From Octopus sinensis (taxonomy: Eukaryota), in assembly GCF_006345805.1 (NCBI RefSeq), contig NC_043001.1:2418001-2482000 (forward strand): a stretch of 64,000 nucleotides of DNA. Reading direction: 5' to 3'. Made by a program: the position numbers and the translations under genes. Of the stretch, positions 53,361-64,000 are shown piece after piece. The notes below the pieces were generated by a model that worked only from the letters and a program-made list of their open reading frames with translations, had not been told where the DNA came from and did no database searches. The number at the start of each line of letters is the position of its first letter. The first letter of the stretch is position 1.

Positions 53361-54055
53361 CCAACCCCCATGCTTGCGAAGACATGTTGGGGCAAGCGAA
53401 TCGAAATCGAAATCGAACCGAATTGAACCAGCCAGGACCCCTGGCCTGGTGGTACGTAAAAAAGCACTATCCGATCGGGGCGTGGCACGTAAATACAATG
53501 CCCACCGTACGACAGGCACCATGCCAACCCCCTTTGCTTGTGAAACTGTTGGGGCAAGCGAAATCGAAATCGAATTGAACCAGCTAGGATCCCTGGGTCT
53601 GGTGGTACGTAAAAGCACTATCACTCGTGCCGTGGCACGTAAAATACTCCAATGCGACCGTACGACAGGCACCTTGCCAACCCCTTTGCTTGTAGACATG
53701 TGGGGCAAGCGAAATCGAAATCGAATTGAACCAGCCAGGATCCCTGGTCGGTGGTACGTAAAAAGCACTATCCGACTCGTGGCCGATGCCAGCACCGCCT
53801 CGACTGGTTCCGTGCCGGTGGCACATAAAATACACCAATCTGACCGGTCCGTTGCCAGCCCCGCCTGGCACCTGTGCAGGTGGCACGTAAAAACACCCAC
53901 TACCTCACGGAGTGGTTGGGCTTTAGGACAGGGCATCCAGCTGTATGAAAATTGCCAAATTAGACTGGAGCTGGTGCAGCCTTCTGGCTCCCATAACCCG
54001 GTCGAACCGTCCAACCCATGCTAGCATGGAGAACGGACGTTAAACGACATGATGA
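53361..54055 (+). mobile_element. RTE 3'UTR-derived element with internal tandem array (about 3 x 152-162 bp)
   Basis: Unit (g/t)tggggcaagcgaa(a)tcgaaatcgaa...gaaccagc.aggat/cccctgg...ggtggtacgtaaaaagcactatc recurs at 53386, 53548 and 53700; standard tail at 54040-54055. Confidence 0.85.
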
Positions 54056-54070
54056 TATGTGTGTGTGGTA

Positions 54071-54103
<33 letters not shown>

Positions 54104-54128
54104 CATACACACACACATATATATATAT

Positions 54129-54163
<35 letters not shown>

Positions 54164-54559
54164 CATATATTACTTTTCTATTGTCTTTTATCATTTAAGG
54201 GTTTCAGCCAGAGGCTGAGGCCATGCTGGTGCAATGCCTTTATTGTATCCGGGGATTTTCCAGTATTGCTTCTGGTGAAGTAACGAGTTGAATGTCGCCA
54301 CTCTTCATTGTGCCTCCTGTCGCAATGTGGGTTCCTCCTGAATTGCAGATAAAAACTTTCCAGACGTTTTTTGAAGACTTTATGTCTACACCTTGCAAAT
54401 TCCTAATGTTCTGTGGTAGGGCATTAAAAAGCTGTGGTCCCTTGAATCCCAAGCTGTTACAGTAACGGGTTCATGTCTTTGATGGAAAAGATGGGACATT
54501 TGGTACTCTTCTGTGGCATCCAATTCAGGGATTGTTGTAGATTTCGATTCTAACACACA

Positions 54560-54743
54560 CACACATATATATATATATACACATGTACATATATATACAT
54601 ATGTATATACATATCTATATATACATCTAGATATGTATATATTTAAGTGTATATATATATAATACATATGCATATATGTATATACAATATATATATATAT
54701 ATATATATACCATATAATATATATATATAAAACATATATATAT

Positions 54744-54800
<57 letters not shown>

Positions 54801-54864
54801 TAAATAATATATATATATATATATACATATATATAATATAATATATATAACATATATATATACA

Positions 54865-54897
<33 letters not shown>

Positions 54898-55477
54898 ATA
54901 TCCTATATATAGATATATATATATCGATATATATATATATAACCATATTATTATATATATATAATAGATATATCTCTATATATTATATATACATAATAAT
55001 AAATATTAGGGAATAAATCCAAATACAGGGAAAAAAATCAGATTAGGATTAAATCCCAATTTTATAGTAAAATATTATAAAATATAAAATATTATTAGAG
55101 ACAAAACCACTATTTTGCAAAACAAACAAGGAAAGACTTAATCAATACATAAAATTTTAATTTTAATAAATAGTCAATAAAATATTGACTATTTATTAAA
55201 TTTTATGTATTGATAAGTCTTTCCTTGTTTGTTTTGCAAAATAGTTTTGTCTCTATAATGTTTTAATATATATACATATACATATTATAGACATATATAT
55301 ACATATATATATATACATATACATATATACAAATATATATGATGATGATGATGATATATATATATATATATATCTATTATATATTATATATATATATATT
55401 TACACATATACATACATATACATATATTACATATATTTATACATATATATGTGTATATAATATATATACATATAAGT

Positions 55478-55512
<35 letters not shown>

Positions 55513-56221
55513 GTACATATATATATATATACATGCATACATGCATGCAGACACCCACACACACCACTCAAACACCCCCACACATTCAAACAGCACACAT
55601 CCTTATATACATCTGCTAGCTGCAACTTCCAAACAACAAAATGCATTTATACCATCTATAGAATAAAATAAAATGCATAAGAAAAGAGAAAATATATAAA
55701 TAAATAAAACATTACGCTGAAAATTGCATCTCACCATCGGAAGTTATTGGTAGTGAGAAATATTCTCAGGAGGTGTAAAAGGAACAATAAAAAAAAAAAA
55801 GAAAAACGGGGGCAGAAAATATATATAAATGAATATAAAAACAAATAGAGTATGGTTTTAAACATGTTTTAAGCAGGATTTAGCAATTGCCTCGTGAAAG
55901 AAGGAGTAAAAGATATATATTACATCAGTGAGGTGCGTTTTGTTTTTATTTTTTTTTTCTGGGAGGATTTTGTTGTTTTAGCAGTGGAGATAATGCAATC
56001 AAGTGTTGCTAAGTAAAATCTATGGATACTCTATACTGCCTTCCTCTTTCTGTCTGTCTGTCTGTCTCTCTCTCTCTGTCTCTCTTTCTTGCCTTTTCAG
56101 TGTTTATGCTAGCTGTGTGGTGCATCTATCTATCTATCTATCTATCTATATATAATATATAATATATATATATATATATATATACACACCACACACCCCC
56201 CACCATATATATATATATAAA

Positions 56222-56267
<46 letters not shown>

Positions 56268-56520
56268 CATAAATATATAAAATATATATATATATATAAA
56301 TACATATAATATATAATATATATATATATAATACATATAAATATATATATATGTATATATATATATATATGTGGCGTGTGTATGTGTGTATATATCATAT
56401 ATATATATATGTATATATATATTTGTGTATATATGTATGTATATATATAGTGTAAATATATATATATAATAATATATATATATATATAAATGCACGCATA
56501 CATATCTGTAACATACAGTT
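54560..56520. repeat. Extended (TA)n-dominated low-complexity region with short unique islands
   Basis: Directly visible; similar tracts at 48620-49320 and 60930-62880. Confidence 0.9.
55092..55259. other. About 168-bp AT-rich foldback
   Basis: Inner perfect 18-bp stem tttaataaatagtcaata/tattgactatttattaaa with an AAA loop; outer arms ctattttgcaaaacaaacaaggaaagactta... match with small indels. Confidence 0.9.
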
Positions 56521-56850
56521 CATATGTATGTATGTATGTGTGTGTGTATGTGTGTATATGTGTATGTTTCTGTGCATGCACGTGTGGGTGTCTGTATGTA
56601 AGTATACGTACATAGGTATGTGTCTCTGTTTGCATGTGTATAAAGGGAGAGAGAGGGAATGAAATGTTTATAGAGATGCTACTAATGTTATATGCATCCA
56701 GGAGATTAGGTCGCATGATTTTTCTTCGTCCCTCTACGTAGAACGTCGGCTGTGTTTTATGGTGAAGCCTTGCAGATATGCGTGCAGCACCAAATGTTTG
56801 TGCATGAGTTTGCTGTGATATTGGTAACTGTCGAGATATTGTGATGCTGT

Positions 56851-56881
<31 letters not shown>

Positions 56882-57300
56882 CATGCCTGTGTATATACAT
56901 GTATTTGTATTTATGTCAGTATATATATATGTATAAAAAACCACACACTCATATAGGCACTGGCGTGGCTGTGTGGTAAAAAGGTTGCTTCCCAGCTACA
57001 TGGTTCCAGGTTCAGTCCTACTGTCTGGCACACTGAGCAAGTGTCCTCTGCAATAGCTTTGGGTTGACTCAGGCCCCATGTGTGGATTTGGTAGACAGAA
57101 AGCTTTTGTTTGTTTGTTTGTTTGTTTGTTTGTTTGTTTGTTTGTTTGTATGTATGTATGTATGTATGTATGTATGCATGCATGCATGCATGTATGCATG
57201 TACGTATGTACGTACGTACGTACGTATGTATGTATGCATAGATGTATTTATGTATGTAATATGTCTGCATGCATGCATGTATGTATTTGTATATGTATAT

Positions 57301-58947
57301 CATCATTATCATCATCATCATCGTTTAACGTCCATTTTCCATGCTGGCACCAATCAGTCCTGGCAATGTTTCTACTGCTGGATGTCCTTCCTAATGCCAA
57401 TCACTCCTAGAGTGTAGTGGGGGCATGGGAGCCCGGAAAACAGCATTGACCATGTTCGGATGGTGCTTTATATGTGCCAGAAGAACAGGGAGCCAGTCAA
57501 GCTGCACTGGCAATGAGTGGTGTTTATTGTGTGCCATCAGCCACGGGGAGCCAGTCGGGCAGCACTGGCATAGGCTACAATTACAATTTCCATTTGATTT
57601 TGTTTTACTTGACTCAAAACGTCTCCTCAAGCATGCTATGTCACCCAACAATCCAAAGGTACATTTTTAAGTGGGTTGATCATACAACACTGTTGTAGGC
57701 TATGGCTGTAATCTCACTTTACTTGTTGAGTCTTCTCAATCACAGCATATCTCCAGAGTTCTTGGTCTTTTTTCATTGCCTCTATGAGGCCCAGCGTTTG
57801 GTCATGCTTGACCACCTCATCCCATGTCTTCCTGAGTCTACCTCTTCCACAGGTTCCTTCTCCCGTTAGGGAGTGACACTTCACACAGCTCTCCTCGCCC
57901 ATACGCAGCACATGACCATACCAGCACAGTCATCTCTCTTGCACACCACATCTGATGCTTTTTTGTCCATCATTTCTCTCAGGGCACTTACTCTCTGTCA
58001 TGTATGCACACTGACATTACATATCCAGAGGAGCATACAAGCTTCATTTCTTTCGAGCTTAAACATGTCCTCAGCCGTCACGGCTCATGTTTCACTGCTA
58101 TGTAGCACGGCAGTACACAAAGATGCATCATTCAATCTACCTTTCACTTTGAGCGAGAGGCTCTTTGTCACCAGTAGAGGTAGGAGCTTTCTGAACTTTG
58201 CCCAGGCTATTCTTATTCTAGTGGAAACAGTCTCCGAGCATCCACCCCCATTACAGGTAGCTGAAGCTATCAACTACTAGTTTCTTCCCCTGGCATCTGA
58301 TGGAATCAGTTTTCTGACCATCTGCAGTGCTTACTGCCCCTGTACATCTACCTCACACGAAACTATCTTCCCAGTTAATCTTCCTTTAATGTTGCTGCAC
58401 CTCTTATGCATCCATAGCTTACACTGGACACATCTTACGGAGTTTCTACCAATACATTTTCTACAAATCGAGCAAGGCCATCTACCTGAAAGGGTTTGTG
58501 ATGTGTTCACCTTTCTACTGAATAGGACTTTGGTTTTTGCTTACATTGACACTAAGGCCATTTGATTCTAAACCTTGCATCCACACCTGAAATTTCTTCT
58601 CTAGTTCTGGTAGTGATTCTGCAATGAGAGCAAGGTCATCAGCATAGAGGAGCTCCCAGGAACAACCTGCCTTGAATTCCTCTGTTATTACCTGGAAGAC
58701 TGTCATGAATGACACGGGGCTGAGGGATGATCTTTGGCGGATCCCTACTTCTACCCAGAATTCTTCTATATACTCTTTGCCAACCCTTAACTTACTAACA
58801 GCATCCCTGTCCTGGGCGTATACAGGTCTTATTAATCACTTGCCAATCCCCAGTTTCTGCATTGCCCACCAGATAGGGGATCGGGGAACCCTGGCAAAGG
58901 CTTTCTCCAAGTCCACAAAATCCAAGTACAGGGGTTTATCTTTGGCT

Positions 58948-58950
<3 letters not shown>
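57301..58950 (-). mobile_element. RTE LINE fragment (RT core to 3' tail)
   Basis: FVDLEKAFARVPR, GIRQRSSLSP, WELLYADDLALIAES, PHD-type finger, CSETVSTRIRIAWAKF, 3'UTR and (GAT)n. Confidence 0.9.
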
Positions 58951-58987
<37 letters not shown>

Positions 58988-58993
<6 letters not shown>

Positions 58994-59385
58994 AAATCCG
59001 TTCTGTCTGTCTGCGTGTGTGTCTTCTAGGATCTCGGGCATCCTCCATCCGATTGCGCTCAAATTTGATATGTAGATACAGACGGTATCTGGGCGTGTAT
59101 AAGTCTTGAAAAAATTACAAAAATCGGTTCCAGGTGAGAATGCGATCGATAAAGCCGTGGTAACGTGCATTTGTACATGCAAGTACATCAGCTGCTGCGA
59201 TCGATACTACATGTATGCCAGAAAAATGCATGGTATCTCAAATTTAGGTTAAATAAGTGTTTCTCAAAGGGGAGGCCTATAGGATGGTCGGACAAGTTGC
59301 TTTGAGAAAATTTGGTTTAAATGTTTGACAACTCAGCACCGTCCATTGGACAGGGTGGAGGCGTTTTGCTCACATATATATATAT
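58988..59385 (+). mobile_element. Helitron-like non-autonomous element, 5' part, abutting the RTE LINE fragment
   Basis: TATATAAAATCCGTTCTGTCTGTCTGCGTGTGTG start and 'gcgctcaaatttgatatg' segment typical of such elements; 3' CTAG end not seen. Confidence 0.5.
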
Positions 59386-59879
59386 ATATATGTATGTATG
59401 TATATATATATATATATATATTCATATGTATGTAGATATATATAGATTACACACATAAACACACATGCTTATTAAACTTTTATAATGAATAGATTGACAG
59501 TGACTGCGAAGTTATGGCTTACTTGTCTTTGCCATAAGATGAGCAAGCTGAAACTTGGAAATTATTAACAACCATTTCCTTGTAATGTCCTGTTAATATG
59601 TTGGTGCCACATACAAACCAGCCGTGCTGGTGCCATGTAAAAGACACTTGTGCTGGTGCCACATGAAAGACACCGATTTTGGCATCATGTAAGAAGCACA
59701 TGTGTTGGTGCCCCATAAAAAGTGTTCCGTACACTCTGTGACATGGTTAGTATTAGATTAGAAAGAACATCTAGCTATAGAAACCATGGCAAAACAGGTA
59801 ACCGGAACCTGGTGCAACTCTCTGGCTGGGCAGCTCCTGGGAAAACCTCCAATGCATACCAGCAGGAAAATGGATGAGA

Positions 59880-60305
59880 TTGAAGAAGAAGAAGAAGAAG
59901 AAGAAGAAGAAGAAGAGGTGGTGCTGGTGGTGATAGTGGTGGAAGCCGATGACGAGAAGATGAAGAAGATGAAGAAGCAGAAGAAAAGAGGAAAAGATGA
60001 TGATGAAGTACAAGGATGATGATGATGATGATGAGGATGAGGAGGAGGAGGAGAAGGAAGTGGAGGAGGCCGATGACGTGAAGAAGATGAAGAAGACAAG
60101 AAGAAGCAGAAGAAAAAAGGAAATGATGAAGTAGAAGAAGGAAAAAAGGAAATAAAGGAGGTGGGGGAAGAAGAGGAGAAGGAGGTGGACAACGACAACG
60201 ACTGGAAAAAGATGCTGATGATGATGATGAGGATGATTATGATGATGATGATAATGATGATCGTGAGGATGTCGATGATGATGATGATGATAAGGATGAT
60301 GACTG
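59880..60305. repeat. (GAA/GAT/GAG)n purine-rich compound microsatellite
   Basis: Directly visible. Confidence 0.9.
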
Positions 60306-60419
60306 AAAACTATTGATTAATCCTTCAGTTTAATGTAAAAATTGTTTTTCAATATAACATGACATTAAACAAACATTGATATTTATCTGTTCATATGGGT
60401 GTATATGTGTGTGTATATG

Positions 60420-60452
<33 letters not shown>

Positions 60453-60454
60453 CT

Positions 60455-60635
60455 GTGCAGGTGGCACGTAAAAAGCACCCACTACACTCACGGAGTGGTT
60501 GGCGTTAGGAAGGGCATCCAGCTGTAGAAACATTGCCAGATTAGACTGGAGCCTGGTGCAGCCTTCTGGCTTCCCAGAACCCCGGTCAAACCGTCCAACC
60601 CATGCTCGCATGGAGAACGGACGTTAAACGATATG
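60455..60635 (+). mobile_element. RTE 3'UTR-derived element (short, young-looking)
   Basis: gtgcaggtggcacgtaaaaagcacccactacactcacggagtggttggcgttaggaagggcatccagctgtagaaac...ggacgttaaacgatatgat. Confidence 0.85.
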
Positions 60636-61063
60636 ATATATATATGCATATGTATGTGTTTATGTATGTGTGTACGTATGTATATATCTGTGTATATATA
60701 TATATGTATATATGTATGTATGTGTATGAAATTATGTGTGGGTGGGTGTGGGCGAAAGTGTGATTGTGTGAGTGGGTGTTTTATGATGTAAACTATACAT
60801 ACATATACTATACACCACTAAACACACACACACACACATACACAACCACACTCACACATACACGTTTGTATTCAGTGATGCATGCATGAATGTTTATTAA
60901 AATTATGAGTGTATAGCTAATGATGTATAGTGTATAATATACTTGTGATTAGAGATGAGCCTCTCTGTGTGTGTATATACATATCACTGAATGGTGCTGA
61001 TACTGTTGTTTGTATACATACATTTATACATACATTCATATATATATACATTTATATATATAT

Positions 61064-61100
<37 letters not shown>

Positions 61101-61386
61101 TATGTATATATATGTATGTATGTACATGTATATATATATATGTATGTGTGTGTGAGTGTGTGTATAAGTATATATCAGCATATGCATTTCTTTTTGTTCT
61201 TTGTAACAGGCCATGTGTATATAGTGTGTGTTCATGTCATTCATTTGGTACACAATCCTGAAGAAAATGTGTAGGTGTGCGGATATGTGTGTATATGTAG
61301 ATATGAGAATGCATACTTGTGTGTGAGAGTGCAATACGTGCATGACACATGCACATGCATATATATGTGTGTGTGTACGCATGTGC

Positions 61387-61437
<51 letters not shown>

Positions 61438-61456
61438 GTATACATATATGTGTATG

Positions 61457-61491
<35 letters not shown>

Positions 61492-62610
61492 GTGTATGCA
61501 TGTACATGCATACATATATATATACATACATACTTGCACACACATGCACACACATATATATTATATATATATGTAAATATAATTATATATATTATATATG
61601 TATGCATACATATATAATATATATATAAATATATTTATATATATACATATATATATATATACACATATATATATATACATATATACATATATACACACAC
61701 ATATATATATATATATGAATTTTTATAATTATACATATATCTATATGTGTGTGTGTGTTTGTAGGTTTGTGTATGTGTATGTATGGTAAAATGTGCACGT
61801 ATGCACCTGTAAGCATGTGTATGTGCAGAAGCATGCATATGTACGAGCAAGCACTCGTACAAGGCCGTATCATGATTATTTATTTTTCTTTTTCCTTTCT
61901 TTTTCTTTTTGCTTATTATTTTGTTTGTTTTTCTTCTTTTTTTCTTCTCTTTTATTCCAGCAAATGTTTTCCATTCCCTCCAGCTATTTCTAAATGTCTT
62001 TTTACTAATCAGAACAACTTTCATGAGACTCCGCCACGAAACACGCTCTGCAACTCTTCAACATGTTTCATCATTTCTTGGATCACATTTTTTTGCTTTC
62101 TGTATCACATGCTTCTTTATTGCAATCATCATCATCATCATCATCTTTATTATTATTATTATTATTATTATTATATTATTACTTCATCAAATCCCTCCAA
62201 TTCTACCTTGAAGGCATTTACAAGGGACTCTGCTGCATTGCAAAACTGTTGTTTCACAAGACTATCCTCCCTGGAACATACTCAGTTGAATTATCCGCAT
62301 ATGTGTGTGCGTGTGTGTTTATGTGAGTGTGTGTGTGTTTGTTTAATTGTGTGTGCACGCATATTATATTTTGAAGTAAATGTGTATACATATATGTGTG
62401 CAAAGTTCTATTATACACACACACACGCGCGCACACATATAAGTATATAATATACATACTCATGCATATGATATATATATATATATATGTAATATGTATG
62501 CTAAATAAATATATGCATATGCATATAAATAACATATATATGATATATAATATATACAGGTATGTTTGTGTATGTGTGTTTCTATATTTACATATCTCTA
62601 AATATATATG

Positions 62611-62674
<64 letters not shown>

Positions 62675-63474
62675 ATATATATATATATATATGCATACGT
62701 AAATATACATATACTTACCCAACTACTTATACACAGACACTCACATACACACACGCACACACACACATGCACACACACACATATATATGTATAAATACAT
62801 GCATATGTATATATATATATATAAATATATACATATGCATGTAGTTATATACATAATTACATACAGTTGCATATCTGCATATATGTTGTTGTTGGATTCT
62901 TTTTCTTGTTACTGTAGATTTTTATTTTGTATTTTTGCATCCCTGGCTCTGACTCTGAGAGAAAGATGAATTCTGATGGCCTAAGGCTTCAATGTCATTT
63001 CAACAGCATCACGGTGCATTGCCACATTACAGGCTTCTTGACTTTCCTATCGGGTGTTTCCAATATTATTTAGCAAGTCCTTCACAATGTACATTCTCAA
63101 CGAGCCCATAGTATATTCTGGATACTTAACAGGAATGGGGGAATGTATATTCTGACCATGGACGAAGTATATTGCAAGCTGAATGCCATTCACTCATGAA
63201 GGACCCTAAATTGTCTTTTGCTTGTGTGTTTAATGTCTTTTCCTCCCCTGGTAGCAAGGGTTACACTGGGAGGGATTTAAGGCCTGATTCTGACAGCCAG
63301 CTTGTTTTCATGTTGCCAGCCTTCAAGTGATTTTGCATAAAGAAAACTTTTCTTTCCAGAGGAACTTGAAACGGTTGAGGAAGTGGACGACCTGCGGAAT
63401 GAAAACGTCAAAAATGTCACCCCTTGCAACACATTTATATACAACAGGCCTCACATTCACACACACACACACAC

Positions 63475-63525
<51 letters not shown>

Positions 63526-63549
63526 CACACACACACACACACACACTCA

Positions 63550-64000
63550 CACACACGTGACACAAGAATTATTTGAGGATGCTTAATTATCAATATAATA
63601 CACTCTGTAAACATATTTAAATGGTTTTATTTCTTTCAGATCCTCTCTGGTATATAAAATGCTGATGCTAGAAATGCAGAGCTGTTGTAGCCATATGAAC
63701 AAAACAAATCGATTTTGTAATTGCCAATTTGCTAAATGTTACAAGATATTTTGTACACAAAATGTGGATGAAATTGGAAGCCAGTGGCAGGAATATTTCA
63801 ACCGAATCAAAGAGAAAAACATTCAGACAGGATTAGGATACTAGAATTTATCCAATGGCTTCAAAACATTATCCTTGGTGATCCCAGATAATCAATGAAG
63901 ACCACTGCCAAAAGAAATGAAGTGTCGGAGTGGACTCTCAGAACTGTGCTGCCCAAAGACATTCCAGACATGTTGTATGTATTAAGGCAAGGCCAGTTCA
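63550..64000 (+). mobile_element. Tc1/mariner-superfamily transposon, decayed transposase N-terminus, continues past the window end
   Basis: Across stops and a frameshift: RAVVAI*TKQIDFVIANLLNVTRYFVHKMWMKLEASGRNISTESKRK...ILEFIQWLQNIILGDPR*SMKTTAKRNEVSEWTLRTVLPKDI...YVLRQGQF, matching the HTH region of maT/DD37D-type transposases; the catalytic domain is outside the window. Confidence 0.75.

Noticed and set aside
53361-53900. Repeat-spacer-like pattern resembling a CRISPR array
   Set aside because: Units are 150-160 bp with homologous interiors, belong to a LINE UTR, and there are no cas genes in this eukaryotic context.
53374-54024. 216-aa plus-strand and 225-aa minus-strand ORFs with internal repeats
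   Set aside because: They arise from the tandem sub-repeats of the RTE 3'UTR; there are no protein motifs.
63360-63586. Acceptor followed by ELETVEEVDDLRNENVKNV...
   Set aside because: There is no credible donor, the frame runs into a (CA)n array, and it lies beside a decayed transposon.

Overview
AT-rich, microsatellite-saturated eukaryotic DNA with no bacterial features (no CRISPR, rRNA or operons). The SINE/LINE repertoire and the very long (TA)n, (CA)n, (GAT)n and (AAT)n arrays resemble an octopus (cephalopod) genome; this is my recognition, not a database result. No host protein-coding gene can be called with confidence, only a few weak candidate exons, so the window looks like intergenic or long-intron DNA. 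Nearly all listed ORFs are microsatellite artefacts or transposon debris. Recognisable elements: RTE-clade LINE fragments whose RT carries a PHD-type zinc finger, R4/Dong-clade (RLE) LINE fragments, four Penelope-like element (PLE) fragments (RT and GIY-YIG), a decayed Tc1/mariner transposase, two Helitron-like non-autonomous elements, and many tRNA-derived SINEs. The most notable pattern is a cluster of about ten minimal type I hammerhead ribozyme (HHR) motifs from several short non-autonomous repeat families. They include a perfect-core HHR in a 404-bp unit with direct terminal repeats, an HHR inside a 217-bp foldback, and a tRNA-headed unit with HHR arms in inverted orientation. Repeat boundaries were read by eye and are approximate (about 10-30 bp); HHR, splice-site and hairpin coordinates were counted base by base.
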